From the human T2T-CHM13v2.0 reference genome, Homo sapiens, in assembly GCF_009914755.1 (NCBI RefSeq), contig NC_060934.1: 64,000 nt of DNA; one strand, 5' to 3'. This document shows, piece after piece, positions 32,168 through 49,250 of the stretch (within the stretch, counting starts at the first letter, position 1; each line of letters starts with the position of its first letter). Below the pieces are notes generated by a model. The model was not told the DNA's origin and made no database searches. It saw nothing but the letters and a program-made list of their open reading frames with translations. Made by a program: the position numbers and the translations under genes.

Positions 32168-34249
32168 TTGTGTATCTGTAAATAATATCAAACCTGTGAT
32201 AAGAATGCATTTGATTAGATGAAGAGAGAGCTCCTGGTGTTGGCTCAGTGAGCAGTGCTGCTGACCTGCAGCCTCGGGGGGGCCCAGGGAGAGAACAGGC
32301 CTTTCTGCCTCTGGGTGTCCCACAGACCACAGCACCCACCCCATGCCCAGCTTGGACCCTGTAACTCAGGACCCTGCTTATCAATCCTGAGCACTTGCTA
32401 GGTTTTCTCTTCAGCTGCATGCACCACACAGTTAATTACTGAGATGAGGAGAAAATGCCCCCTTCCATGGAAATTATGGAAATGCTATCAGATGTTAAGG
32501 ATTAATGAGTATTAGACGCAGGTGTGAGATTAGATGCAGCTGAAAAGAACACGGCATGGTGGCTGGCTGCTTGTTAACAGTCATCATTAAAACTGCCAAA
32601 ACAAGAAATTCTTTTGCTTAGGTGATTTTTCTTAAAAAACATTTTTTTCTTCGTTTTCACTAAGCATTCTCGTTTTCTTGCCCATGTTGCTAATAATCCC
32701 ATTGATGAAGGACTTTGCCTCAGAGCATCGGTTTCATCACTGGTAGCTTCGCAGAGTTGAATGGCTCACACAAGGTCTCATCCTTGTCAATTCAGAGTCC
32801 ATGCTAATTGGCATCCCTAAGAACAGTCCCCACCAGCTTGAAGTAATTTAATTTACAACCTCATGTTTCCAATCAGTCATGTACAAGGGAAAGCTTGCAG
32901 GAATGATGGACACTTTTCAGGAAAGTCTTGTCCCTTTTTACAAAACACACTAGACATGAAAATCTCAGAACTTTATTGTACATTTTTTGTTTGTTTGTTT
33001 TGTTTTTTTGGTGTTGTTGACATTCAAATCCCCCCCAGTCAGCCATGGGGTGATGTTGTCCGATTTCAATTACATGTAGGACTCTAAATCTACAGGGTTG
33101 GAGATGCCATGAGATCACTGCCCTCCCACCAGGGGCCCATCCACAGGCAACGCATGATGAAATGTGGAGCGTGGGGAAAGCCTGCTTTTGTACTTGGTGT
33201 GTTTGATTAATTAATGTGAGAAAGAAATCCATGTCGTGTAGAAAATGCTAGAACTGACAGAATGCACCTTTTAATAGAGAATTCGTTTTTCCTGGAAGGA
33301 GCTTGTATTCGGAATGGGGAGATAAGACTCTGTTAGGTAATGGATCCAAAATGGATTTCATCATCTTACTGTCGTAGTAAGAATAGGGGGTCCAGGCAAG
33401 ATTCGGTGCTCATTGCTGGCATCCCTGAAGGCCCATCCAGGGGCTGGCTGCGACCATGAGCAGATTAAAGGCCTCCCTTGGTAGTTGCTCCAGTGGGAGT
33501 TGTTGGCTTCTGGGTCTTCGGTTCAAGTGACCCAAATTCACAACAAAAAGGGGATTGATGAACTTGATGCTAAACATTTATGCTGAGAAACTTAACTGTG
33601 GAGATTGGGATTCTATTTATAACAGCCCTATATAGAGACACTTGCCTTGTAGGCGGTCCTTCCTGGGGAAAGAATGTGCATCTCTGTGTGGCATTTCTCA
33701 AAAGGGAGCACCTCTCTTCAGGGTGCTGAGGCTTCTCCTGGGAGGCTGTGAGCTGAAACTTGCATTCAGTTGAATCATGGCGGGAAGGGAGAAGTGAGAG
33801 GAGTTTGGAGTCGGGGAGGGTGAATGTTAGATTCTGGAAAATGTCATTGACCATGAAGGCAGTTTTCCACAGCTGCAATTGAGCAAGCTGTTAATTAATT
33901 CATCTCAGCAAAGCCGGAAGGAGACGTTCTGGAAGCAGACTCCAAAACCCCCTAATTGCCCACACTTCTCCCAGCCTACTGGGTGAGGCTGGGAGCTTTT
34001 CCCAAATCAGACTGAAGTTTTAAAATGCAAATCCTGGTTGAGGTGACACACTAGAATTTATGCCCACTAAATAAAATCACACTGCTGGTCAAGTATAAAA
34101 GACAAATAGCAGACTTGCTTTGTAAACTTTAAGATAGGGAAGGGTGGAGGGAGGGAGCTTGGGGTAGCTATGGGAGTCGGAACTCAGGGAGAGGGAACAC
34201 CAAGAGGAGAAGCAGAAGAGAAACCTCACATTTGCTGTGATGATGGCCC

Positions 34250-34779
34250 TGAGGCAGAAATTTAAAAATAAATAAAGAGGCAAGGCAAGGGTTAAAAAGA
34301 AAAGAACAAGTTTTCCTCTGCCTAGCAAGCTCACTTGAAGGACAGTTATAACGCTGTTTGAGAAGCCAAGGCCAAAGGAATGGGCTCCAGACACCCCCGC
34401 CCCACTTCCAGAGCAAGGTTGAAGGAAAAAGAAGAGAAAGACAAATTATTTTACTGTTACTCCTTTTCCTGGCTTCTTAGGCATGAGTATGTTTTACAAA
34501 TGTCTGTATTTAGCCAGTTCTTGTTTTTCTTTTGATGCAGCTACAAGGCCACCAGCTACGCAAGGTCACAAGTTATGTTATGCTATAGATTATGGGACCT
34601 ATCACTGTATGATTAACTGCTTTTGTTTTGCTTCTGTAAGTCTGCTTATAAAAACCCTGCTCTGTCTTTGTTCAAGGCTCAGCTTTTTGGATGCAAATCC
34701 ACTGAGCCGGTGCATGCCTAAAATAAACAATCCTCCTGTTCTCCATATCAGTCTCTCCGGTCCTCAGTTTCCCTCAACG
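34250..34779 (+). mobile_element. ERV solo LTR, family not assigned (ERV1-like)
   Basis: Starts TGAGGCAG; TATA-like CTTATAAAA at ~34646; AATAAA at ~34722; flanked by (G)GCCC at 34245-34249 and 34779-34783 (TSD). Confidence 0.75.
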
Positions 34780-35690
34780 GCCCTACGAAGGCTTATTGGT
34801 TTACTATGTGCAAGGCACAAGCTGACTACTTAATTGCAATTAGTTCTTTCAACAATGCTATGAAGTAGGGATTATTCACTCCCATTTTATTGACAAGGAA
34901 GCTGAGCCTTCAGGAGGCTACACAGTGAAATTCCTCCAATCCCCAGGAAGCTCCTTGCAGCATTTTGTCATGCCAGCTGCAGGCCTTTGCAGCACAGCTT
35001 CAACAGTTTCTGCAGTTTTTTTCTAATCATAAATGTGATTTGATACAGAGAAAGTTTCATCCCACAAGCATTATAATTGGGATTTTCATTTGAACTTACA
35101 CAGCTATGGCAGCCAGTGCTAAGTGGCCCACAGAGAATTGCTGAGAATTAAATAACACGGAATGCAGTTCAGGCCAAGGAGCTTGGGAGGCTTCCTGGAA
35201 GGGGAAAGGTGTGAACAGGACCTTGGCGAGAGGAGGCAGGATGAGGATGTCTTCATACAGGAATGGGGAGGAGCCGTGGATGACAGAGACTTTGGGAATG
35301 AAGACACTAAAGAAATTGGTGGCTACTTTGATAGGATCAGGGATGAAGAAAAGGAAGTGAAAAACATTCCAGTAATTGTAGACTAGGAAATGGTGATACC
35401 ATCTCCTTTTCCTGATTGGAGTCAGATGTAGGCTCTGAATCCATCCTTTAATCATTAACACCCACCTCCCACTCTCCTTTTGTCCATTACTTGCTTTACT
35501 TTTCTCCTCAGCATCATCATGCAATATATTTATTTGTTTTATTGCCTTTCCCTCAACTAGATTGTAAGGTCCCAAGGCAGGGCTATTTGTCATTTTGGTT
35601 CATTGCTGTATCCTCAGAACCTGGAGCAAAACAGGACTAAGTGTTCTCTGTGTGTATGCATATGTATGTATAGCATATATATGTATATAA

Positions 35691-36035
<345 letters not shown>

Positions 36036-36109
36036 TAATTCTTAAATAAGGAAATTTCACATAAATGGTAACTAATTTATTCTGCTAATTGTCAATATAG
36101 CAGAAACTG

Positions 36110-36398
36110 TTCAAGTACCCACACAACCACTTTGTTTTTTTACTTTCAACACAATATTCAATAAATTATATGAGATATTCAACACTTCAGTATAAAATAG
36201 GCTCTGTGTGAGATGATTTTGCCCAACTGCAGGCTACTGTAAGTTTTCTGAGCACGTTTAAGGTAGGCTAGCTAGGCTAAGCCATGCTGTTCAGTAGCTT
36301 AGGTGTATTAAACGCGTTTTGACTTACTATATTTTCAACTTAAAATGAGTTTATCGGGGCGGGGGGTTACCCCATTGTAAGCCAAGGAGCATCTGTAT
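36110..36398. mobile_element. Tigger3/MER7-like DNA transposon end
   Basis: TTCTGAGCACGTTTAAGGTAGGCTAG...TTAGGTGTATTAAA...CCCCATTGTAAG..GAGCATCTG followed by TA. Confidence 0.78.
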
Positions 36399-37101
36399 TT
36401 CCAAATCAACATTTGGAATAAGTGAGGGGAAATGAAAAGATTCAGGACCAGGAGAATAGAAAGGCCTGAGGAGTCTCTGTAGGTCTTGCTTGTCTGGGGC
36501 TGCCTGGGAAGAAGGGAGGCAGGTGATTGCACTCAGGGTCTGACACAGATGCCTGGGGGAAAGGACCCGGCGGAGTCAGCAGTGGAAAGCTGTGGGCTGG
36601 CACTGAAATGAGCAGCTGCTGCTATGTCACTGAGTGGATGTGGGGTGCCGGTGAAATCAGTGTATCACTGAGCCCTGATAGAATGGTGGAAAATATATAT
36701 TCCCAGCAACATGATTCTGCCAGTTCCTAGAAGAATATAAATGGATATCTTTAATAAGGAGAAAGTAAGGAGGCAGCATGCCTCCTCAAATCTTCCTGCA
36801 CTGAATTAAAGCTACAGAGAAAAGCTTTCAGTGCAGATAAGCTCTGCATTTAGGCACAGGCTTAGGTGATTTGTTTTTGATCTCACATGTTTTCTGATAA
36901 ATATATCTGGAATTATAAATTTCCTTCTGAGTACTGCATTTGTTTTATCACATACATATTGTCATGAAGTATTTTTCCCCTTTATTTTTATTTGACATAT
37001 AGTAATTGTACATATTTATGGGATACAGAATATTTCAATGTGTATACATTGTGTAATGATTACATCAGGATAATTAGCATATCTATCCCCTCAAACATTT
37101 A

Positions 37102-38193
<1,092 letters not shown>

Positions 38194-40239
38194 CCCATAA
38201 ATTACATTTGACCATATTTACCCTAAAGTTCTGACATAAAGTACTTTTTATTGATGTTCAGTTTTAATATTTCAAAATTATAATTTCTTAATCAGATAAG
38301 ATGTATTTAGTGGCATGTGTTTTTGTTTCAGGACATATGGACTTTTAATTTTTTATTAGCTAACATTTTTGATAATTTCTACTTTTGTTAATAATTGTTA
38401 ATAATTTCTACTTCTACCTCATTGTGATAAATAAACACAGTTTATACAATGCTATTCCTTTTTCTAAAATTTATTGAGAATTACTATGTGATTTGTACCT
38501 GGTCAATTTTTACAAATATTATATGTGTGCTTGAAAAAATTATATTTTTATGATTCTACATTAATATTTTAAACTTGTTAGTCATGCTATTTAGATCTTC
38601 TATGTATGCAAACTTTTTGCAGCTTGATCTATCCCTTTCTGAGATGAACATGTTAAATCTCATTGAGCATAAATAAAGGGTACATTATCAGATACATATA
38701 CGTTCATGATTATTGAAACATTTTGATCTGTTTTTTCCTTTCCTTTCCTTTCAAACCATATCAGTATCTGAAGGTCACAGAACAAGGGAGTGGGAGAGTG
38801 AGGTTTGAACCCAAGCCTAGTGATGAAGAGTGCAGCACTTAACCTCTATTCTCTACTGTTTACATTTAAAAAAGTTTTAAACCTCTGGATAAAATAATTG
38901 GGAACCAGTTGACAGAGTGACAATAACAAAAGAGAAGATAAATGAGACACTTACAGAGACTTAATTGATCAAACAAAGAATACTGGATTTCCTTCTTGCC
39001 TGCCTCAGTAAAGAAAGTTATTTTTCTTTAGTTTCTCGATGTCCGCAGGAAAAGGATTAAGAGATATAACAGAAGAAATTTTGGACGTACATCCACTCAC
39101 TGTTAATTCTGTTCATTCTGGAGAATAAATTGGGAGGAAATTCTCAATTCATAATGTCCTTTACTCTCTGAAGGGGATTAATATTTGTTTCCACTCTTCA
39201 CAAGCATGCTAGAAAATACTATGCTTCTCATAATTACTGTAGTAAAAAATGCTATCGATTATTGGCACATATCGTAGGGCACTAAGCTGGCTAGCCCCAG
39301 GTGTGTGCAGCATTGCAGACATATGTCCCATAGGCTGTTTGGATTGGTGCAAATAAGGTTTTGGTGTCAATAACACTTTGTTTTGTTGCATTCCGAGCAG
39401 ACCAATGTGATTTTCTTCTCTTCTCCAAAGGCAAAATTATCTGGGTAACAAATGCAGGAGAAGAGGTCCCATCATTGCCTAGAAGCCAAGAAACCAGAAA
39501 CAATTCCAATTCAGAACAAGCAGCAGAAACCATGGAATGCTTAGCAAAGAGAATGATGCAAAACACATAATCCAAATATTCAGCTCACATGACAGTGGTC
39601 TCATCGGCGGGTGAGAAAATGCAGAAGTGGGACAGAGAACTGCTTGCAAACCCCAGGTGATGCCGCCAGCTCCCAAATTACCTTTTTGTTTTTTCTCCGG
39701 GGCTGCTGACCTATTCTGAGGATTGGTCAAGGCATATATTGAGTTTCCTTTCTCCACTACCAATGAAGGTCTTTATCCTCTCTACTAATTAATTCTTCCA
39801 GGAAATAATATATAAAGGAACAAAAAAAGGGTGAAATTTCAGTTAGCCACATGGCTGGCTGATTTTTAGGAGACTGGAAGCTGGCTGAAAATACTGGCCA
39901 AAAAGAGACTTCTGCATTCAGGCAGGCTCCAGATGATATTTCAATTATATGCATTCCATTGTCCTGCCCTGGCAGCGTTAACTGCAGATGTCAGGAAAAA
40001 GAGAATAGCCCCTATCTGCCTCCTAAAAGAACCCCTTTTTCCTACGAAGCAAAAACACACCACACAGCCCCAGCAATGGGGAGCCATTTGTGGTGCCAAC
40101 CGAGGGGGCCACAGTCCCTGACTGGCCACAGATGTCTGCCTGCGAGTCAGCCCAACCCATAAACATCCTCAATCCTTCTGGCTTCAGTGTTTAGGAACCA
40201 CAGTGCTTTATGGCTCAATCTTTCATTCTCTGCAGTCAC

Positions 40240-42065
<1,826 letters not shown>

Positions 42066-43769
42066 TTAGTTTACTGGAAAAGAAAGTTCCTTGGACTCAA
42101 AGGTCTGCCCTAAAGTAGGAACTTAACCTGAATAAATAAATGAATGAATGGCTACACAAGAGACTCAACTTACATCTCATTTTTGATAGGTATAAAGACT
42201 AATATGAAAGCAAGTGCTTTACTACTTAGAAATCAGACATAACGGTTTAAGTAGCTTATTCAAGGACATACAATAAAGGGAAAGTAACACAATCACATAT
42301 TAAAACTCCAGCTAAGCCCCTGACTTTATTTTGCTGTGTCCCTGCATGTTCTCAGACCTGACAAATCAGAACTCATCTAGATTCTCTTGCTTGGCTGAAA
42401 TACTAGTACCAAAAAGGTTATAAGTTAATAAACTCTGGATTTATTATGAAAGGAAATTTCACAGAAATCTCAAAAGCATTTATCTTGTATATTCAGATAC
42501 ATAAAAAATATACAGGGAGAGATCATCATCCATGCTTTAAAACACCCCCAGAAGCAAACCTGTAGCATAAGCTTCATGTGCATCATCAGTGCCCGGCACT
42601 GCCCATCAGCCAGCCCGGAGCAGCATCCAGATGGTCACCTCAGGTGTTGGGGACACAAACAAACAAAAGACGTTCCCATTGGGGGTCATGTTTGTTGAGG
42701 GGAAAGAGACATGGGGACAATGCAACTGACTTGGAATGGGACAGCAATTTGTCTTCCAGAGGCCATCTCAGTTGCATTTTGCAAAGTGTTATGCTAGCCT
42801 TCCTCACACACCGGCAAAGCCCATGCCAACTCACCATCCAGCAACGTCTCTCTGCCTGCTTTTTTTAGGGGGGTGTGCTGGGGTTGTGTTTTGTTCAAAC
42901 TTTAAAACTGCAATTCTAGGAATCCTTTTACCAGCATATGGGTGGGAAAGAGGACCTCACCATGATCAGGAAGCTGGACCCAGAGGAGGGACTGCCAGGT
43001 TCGGATCTCACCTCTGTGACTCACTAGCTGTGTGTCCCCCACAGACATGTCACCAACCAACCCTCTCTACACCTCAACGTCCTCACCTCTAAAAAGTCTG
43101 CTTGTAATTCTTATGGTAGTTGTAGGCGATATTGCAGGAAAAACACTTATCTTACTGCCTTGCAATTCCAGGCCTTAATACATACTACCTATTATTATAA
43201 TAGCTGTTACTATATTAGTATTATATTAATGTTGACTTTTTAAAAAAAATCACCATTCAAAAATAAATAGTACATTTGTCTTCATCTTGAGTTTAGCTTG
43301 TGACAGTGACTTCTAAAGGTTTATCATTTACTTACAACTAAGTGTTTGCCTATAATCAGGAAAAACTGCTATCAGGCAAATGTTAAGATTAAGCTTTTCT
43401 ACATATGGCTGTCAAAAATAAAGTCATTTAAAGCCTGCCCCCTCAATTCTACACCTGAATAAAAATATACATGATTTGTTAATGGAAAGCTTAACAGAAA
43501 TGTTGAACAAAGATGACCTCATATAGTACTTAAATAAGATAAGCAAAATGAGTAAGATTTTAAAATATATACATAGGCAAGTGTAGGTTCAACTAGACAT
43601 TTTGGTGGCAAATTATTGTCTGATAAAATAATTGTTTAATATCCTACGTTGCCTCATTGCTTGAAAAATGAAATAAGATCAAATGACATCAAAATATACA
43701 TTTATTTTTCTGTTTCTACTAACCATGCTAACCAAGGACACATGTCAGAGGCATTAAATGAGCTTTACA

Positions 43770-44218
43770 CCAAGTTACACAAGAATTCACCTCACACCTG
43801 GAGATCCTGATTTAGTAGGCTGGGGAGGAAGCAAGTATTGGAGTTCTGTAGAAGCTCCGCAGCTATTACTAATGATAACATCTGTGGTTATTAACCACTG
43901 TGCAAGATCTCTCTCTTTTTTTTTTCCCCCCTTTCGACAGGGTATTGTTCTGTCACCCAGGCTGGAGTGCAGTGGCACAATCACGGCTCACTGCAGCTTT
44001 GACCTCCCAGGCTTAGGTGATCCTCTCACCTCAGCCTCCTGAGTAGCTGGGACTACAGGCATGCACCACAATGCTCAGCTAATTTTTTGTACTTTTTGTA
44101 GAGATGGGGTTTCACCACGTTGCCCAGGCACTGGTCTCAAACTCCTGGGCTCAAGCGATCACCCTCTTCGGCCTCCCAAAGTGCTGGGATTACAAGTGTG
44201 AGCCATGGTGTCCAGCCC
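43770..44218 (-). mobile_element. MER5-like fragment followed by AluJ (~43915-44218)
   Basis: CTGATTTAGTAGGCTGGGG MER5 motif; antisense Alu dimer. Confidence 0.78.
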
Positions 44219-45592
44219 AAGATCTCTCCTTTGACAAGAAGTTTTTTGCCTTGAAATTGTTTGCAAAAAGCGTTTCTTGATTTTGTAACCCTGCTCCCAA
44301 AACAAAACTTGACTGCTTGCAACTCAGTAAAGAGAAATGTTGAGTTGCTCCTCAGCCCTTAAAAATCATTAAATAATCATCTGGTCTTTTAACACTAACA
44401 AGAGAGTTAAGGGAAATGGGAAGGGAGGAGGTGGGATTTTCCATCTGTTCCAGGAAATCACGTGACTGCCTTCTCTTTAGCCTAATAAGGCTGCCAGCAG
44501 AACTCTGGGTGCTGATGGGTGTGCTCTGTGTCTCAGTCTTCCTATGAGTAACCATTAGCCCCATCAGCCTCCTCATAACCTTCCTAACCTCCTGCCATCC
44601 AAGGTCCTTGCTTCTTTCATTCATTCAGTCAATGTTTTCTGAGCAAGTACTGCACCCCAGGGAACAAATGCGAAAACGCCCCTGCCCTCCTGGTGCTTGC
44701 ATTTTAATTTCTAACAAATGGCCTCTTGAAACGGCCAGACTTGTTTAAAGAACTGCTTCCTCTATGCGTTTCTTAAAAATGATGGTATTTTGGGGCAAAA
44801 AAGCAAATAGTCACAGTTTGAGAAAACAATGTGGTTCAAATGATTAAAGAAATTAGAGGCTATTGAGGGTCTGCACAGGAAAAGATAAGGGAACTTGTGA
44901 ACCTTTTGCAGTGGAATGAAGCAGTAACAGAATGACTGGCTTGGAGATTATTTCCGGCAGGGGACATAAACCCACTCTGCAAATAGGAACGACCTGGCAG
45001 AGAATTAGGATTCAGTGGCCAGAAGTAGGACCTATTCCCAGCAAGAACATATTTAACAATTCCTACTAGAAATGGGATCAGGAGAGAGGCAAATTCACGA
45101 CCAGCAGAGGTATCAACAACTTCAAGTAGCCGTAACAACTACTTTAATTCTTTGGTAAAAGTTTTTCTAGGTCAATAAAAAAGTAAGGGGTTAAAAAGTA
45201 AGAGTGATACTTCGATAAAGTTATCAATAACAACCAAGACCCAGAAAGCTTACCCAGCTAGTCAACGAGGAGCCATGCATAAGGCTCTTACTACTAACCC
45301 CATGCTTTTTCCACTACATTATGCAGGGAGCTGAGCAGGGTCATCTTTCATCAGCAGTTTCTAAGACACGGGACACTACAGCTGCAGAACACAGCATCGG
45401 GGAAGGTCAAACCTATAACAGCTGAACTCTGGTCAATGACAAATGTTTCTCAACATTTGTCATTGTTGAGACATTGGGTGTCTAGGTGGAGAGTAGTTGC
45501 CAAGAAGAGGAGGGAGGTTGTTCAGAATTGCTACATTGGGATAATTGTTATTCATGAAACCCAGAACTAAGTTCATTCATCAGCAACTTTAC

Positions 45593-45707
45593 CTAGTTCT
45601 GGGCGTAGAACAGTGAGGCGGTTCCTCTGAATGTGGAGCTCTTTAAGCTGGGTAAGCTCCCCAATTTCCTTAAGCAGTGAGATCAGGTCTTTATCCCTAT
45701 TGCTGAG
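45593..45707 (-). pseudogene. RSU1P2: RSU1-like exon, 115 nt: LSNRDKDLISLLKEIGELTQLKELHIQRNRLTVLRPEL
   Basis: ttcttctgtttag|CTCAGC ... GAACTAG|gtaaag; open frame with several substitutions versus RSU1. Confidence 0.95.
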
Positions 45708-45977
45708 CTAAACAGAAGAAAACAAGGAGTTGTCAACACATTTTCACATTAAAAGGTGCTCCACAGAAACTCTCATCCTCCTCCACGTCCTCTCTTCTAC
45801 CACAGCTCAGTCCTTTCCATTTATTTACAAGTGCTGGCGGATAATCAAGAAACACTATCAGAAGTAGTGGTTTATTCCTGCAAAACAAACCTTACTTCTG
45901 CTCAGATTTACTTGATTCTACCCCTACAAGGCTGCAGCAGTGAATTGATTTTCTAAGAATTTAGATAACTTACTTAC

Positions 45978-46060
45978 TATCTGCAACTTTGTGAGCTTCC
46001 CAATATCTGGTGGCAGGATTTCAAAACCATTGTCACTTAGATAGAGTGCACACAGGGTGG
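45978..46060 (-). pseudogene. RSU1P2: RSU1-like exon, 83 nt: TLCALYLSDNGFEILPPDIGKLTKLQI
   Basis: tttaatttgcag|CCACCCTG ... CAGATA|gtaagt. Confidence 0.95.
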
Positions 46061-46894
46061 CTGCAAATTAAACAGCAATATATAAACAGGGTGGCATGGA
46101 ACCCAACCATTTGAGGTCTGATCAATACGAGGGAGTCAGCTTTGATTAATAACCCTGGCTTGGTGAAAAGCCTTTGACATACCTAGGGCTCCCAATAATA
46201 ACAAGCAGGTCAAACTTACATTTACTGGCTTATTGTGTAGCTGGTGTGTCCAGGAAAACATCTATATCCAAGAGGACTGATACAATTAACAACGTGGGCA
46301 CTAGCATTTTGGGGCACAGAGTTTCAACACATTTTCAAAAAAGATTGCTATTTTTCTCACAGATTACTTTTGATTCACATTTATTTCTCCATTTTCATCC
46401 AAAGTAAAACAAAGAAAACTACTGTGCCACTTTTATGGATACCTAGGGCAAAAAGTTTCTTTCGAGGGAATACAACTATGTTAAAATAGACCTTTTCCTA
46501 TGTAAATAGCACTGTGTTAAAAATTAATGAAAGGCTTTCTGGTGATGGAGGCTATAACCACAGCTCATCAGTTCCATAATCTGACTAATTATTACTACTT
46601 GTTTCTACAGCCTTAAGGCCAAAAGTAAATGAAGAAAAAGGGGCTAAAATAATGGCATGAAGTTAACAGAGTAAATCCTAACTTCAGCGGAATATCAGCA
46701 GTCAGAAATCCTAACTTAAGCAGTAATATCAGTAGTCAGAAATTAAGCAGAATATCAGTAGTCAGAAATTTGTTCACAATTACTACACAATGATAATATG
46801 ATTACAAACTACTGAAGGCTAAAATTCTAAAGCATCTGTTTATCCTCAACCAAAAAAGCTGAGTATAATTAGAGGTATGTTTTGTTTATCAGTA

Positions 46895-47147
46895 TTTATT
46901 TATTTTTTAGAGACAGAGTCTCGTTCTGTCACCCAGACTGGAGTGCAGTGGGTCACTGCAGCCTCAAATTCCTGGCCTCAAGCAATCTTCCTACCTCAGC
47001 CTCCCGATTAGCTAAGATTACAGGCACATGCTACTATGCCTGGTTAATTTTTTAATTTTTGTTTCTAGAGACAGGGTCTCTCTATGTTGCCCAGGCTGGT
47101 CTTAAACTCCTAGCCTCAAGTGATCTTTGGAGCTCAGACTCCAGAAC
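46895..47147 (-). mobile_element. AluJ
   Basis: Diverged antisense Alu. Confidence 0.85.
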
Positions 47148-47980
47148 TGTATGTTAATGTAACATAATAAAAACAGGTGTTCCACTGCCCAAGAAAATAT
47201 TTTACAGTTGGTTTCATGTGCTTGAGAAAGTCATAGAGATAATGTATATAAGGTAAAAAGTGAAATTTTAGAGACCAGCTCAGAAAATTCAGATTTTCTG
47301 AATGCCACATAAATTATTAATTGAAGAAATAGAACACTCATTTAAGAGAAGCAAACTTTGTCTGAAATAGTGCATGAGTTCCCAGAGGAAACCATTTTTT
47401 AATTTTCAGAAGCATCTTCAGCAAGAAATTTGTTGGCATATAAAAGAATAAAGTGTGTTCACCTATGGCCAATAATTTCTTAATGCCTGTGTACTGGATA
47501 AATAGGTCAATAAGAGTACTTTTTAAAAGGCTGGAAATAAGAATCCTGGCTAGAAAATTTAAGAATTCTGTTAGTGATTTATTAATAAATATTTTTATAA
47601 ATAACTGATTCGGACTTCCTGGGCAAATATCCTGCAAAGAATTAATACCAACATGGGAGGATACTTTTTTTTGGCATGCTATTTAAAAAGAAAGTCAAGT
47701 CTCTTAGCTAAATGTGAGGCTTGATCTCATTTAGGTATATAATCTCTCTCAGAATGTTAATATGATGTTACTAAGTCCACTTCAGCCCAATGGTGTCACA
47801 TAACGATATATCAAATGCACATACTGCTGAGCTACTAAGGAATATTCAAAAGGAGTCTCTAAAGAAAAAATTATCTCTGTCCAATAATTTCTCTTGGAGT
47901 TTAGGTCCTGGCAAATAAATTTCACTCTGAGAAGGCAAAGTATAGTGTTGAGGAGATTTATAGAACTGAAAGTTTCTTAC

Positions 47981-48392
47981 TCAGGTAGAAGTTTCCAGGG
48001 GGCCGGGCGCGGTGGCTCACGCCTGTAATCCCAACACTTTGGGAGGCCGAGGTGGGCGGATCATGAGGTCAGGAGTTCGAGACCAGTCTGGCTAACAAGG
48101 TGAAACCCCGTCTCTACTAAAGATACAAAAATTAGCCAGGCATGGTGGTGCACGCCTGTAGTCCCAGCTACTCGGGAGGCTGAGGTAGGAGGAGGCAGAG
48201 GCTGCAGTGAGCCGAGATCACGCCATTGCACTCCAGCCTGGGGGACAAGAGTGAAACTCCATCTTAAAAAAAAAAAAAAAAAAAAAGAAGTTTCCAGGAA
48301 GAGAATTTCCGTTCAAGTTGTAAGTCAAGTCCAGAACCTCAAGAGCTGGCAGAGAGCAGAAGCCTCGTGGCAAAGTGTTCAGCCTGTTCATG
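47981..48392 (-). pseudogene. RSU1P2: RSU1-like exon MNRLNTLPRGFCSLPALEVLDLTYNLNGNSLPGNF[Alu]YL, split by an Alu
   Basis: gcaacag|CATGAAC at 48392; CTACCTGA|gtaag at 47981. Alu lies between the TSD copies. Confidence 0.95.
48001..48285 (+). mobile_element. AluSg-like element inside the RSU1 exon
   Basis: GGATCATGAGGTCAGGAGTTCGAGACCAG; small right-arm deletion; 13-bp TSD AGAAGTTTCCAGG at 47987-47999 and 48286-48298. Confidence 0.93.
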
Positions 48393-48510
48393 CTGTTGCA
48401 GGGGGACAAAAATCTACATCAGGACACCAAAGACACATTTATACAGACTATCAAGAGCACCTCTGTTTCACAGGCTGAAAGTGTAAGAGAGTGCCATGAT
48501 CCTAGAGTCA

Positions 48511-49250
48511 CTTTATTTTTATTTTTTATTTTTTTGAGATGGGGCCTTGCTCTGTTGCCCAGGCTGGAGTGCAGTGGCACGATCTTGGCTCACTGCAGCC
48601 TCGACCTCCATGGGCTCAAGCAATCCTTCCACTTCAGCCTCCCAAGTAGCTGGGACCACAGGTGCACACCATCACACCCCACTAATGTTTGCATTTTTTG
48701 CAGAGATGGGTTTTTGCCAGGTTGCCCAAGCTGGTCTCAAACTCCTGAGCTCGAGCCATCCTCCTACCTCAGCCTCCCAGAATGCTGGGAGTATAGGTGT
48801 GAGCCGCCATGCCCATCCTATTTTTTTTAATTAAAAAAAGTATTTATTTAATATTTACATTGACAAATGAAGATTGTACATACCTATGATGTACAACATG
48901 ATATTTCTGATATATGTATCATCCATCGTGGAATGCCTTAAATCACACTATTTATATATGCATTGCCTCATATCATATGCTTGTCATTTTTTTGTCTTTT
49001 GTGGTGAGAACGCTTAAAATTCACTCTCTTAGCAATTTTCAAATATACTACATATTGTTATTGACTGCAGTCACCATGATGTACAATCCATCTCTTGAAC
49101 TTACTTCTCCCGTCTAACTAAAATTTCGTGTCCTTTGGCTAACATCTCCACAATTCCCCTCTCCCTCCAGCCTCTGGTGACCATTTTATTCCCTGTTTCA
49201 ATGAGGTTTACTTTTTTACATTCCACATATAAGTGGGATGATGTGGTATG
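48511..49250 (-). mobile_element. AluJ (~48511-48820) followed by an L1MA 3' end (~48830-49250)
   Basis: Alu dimer; GTGGTGAGAACGCTTAAAATTCACTCTCTTAGCAATTTTCAA L1MA motif. Confidence 0.85.

Noticed and set aside
35096-35593. 165-aa minus-strand ORF
   Set aside because: Overlaps L2/MIR-like decayed sequence; no protein similarity that I recognise.
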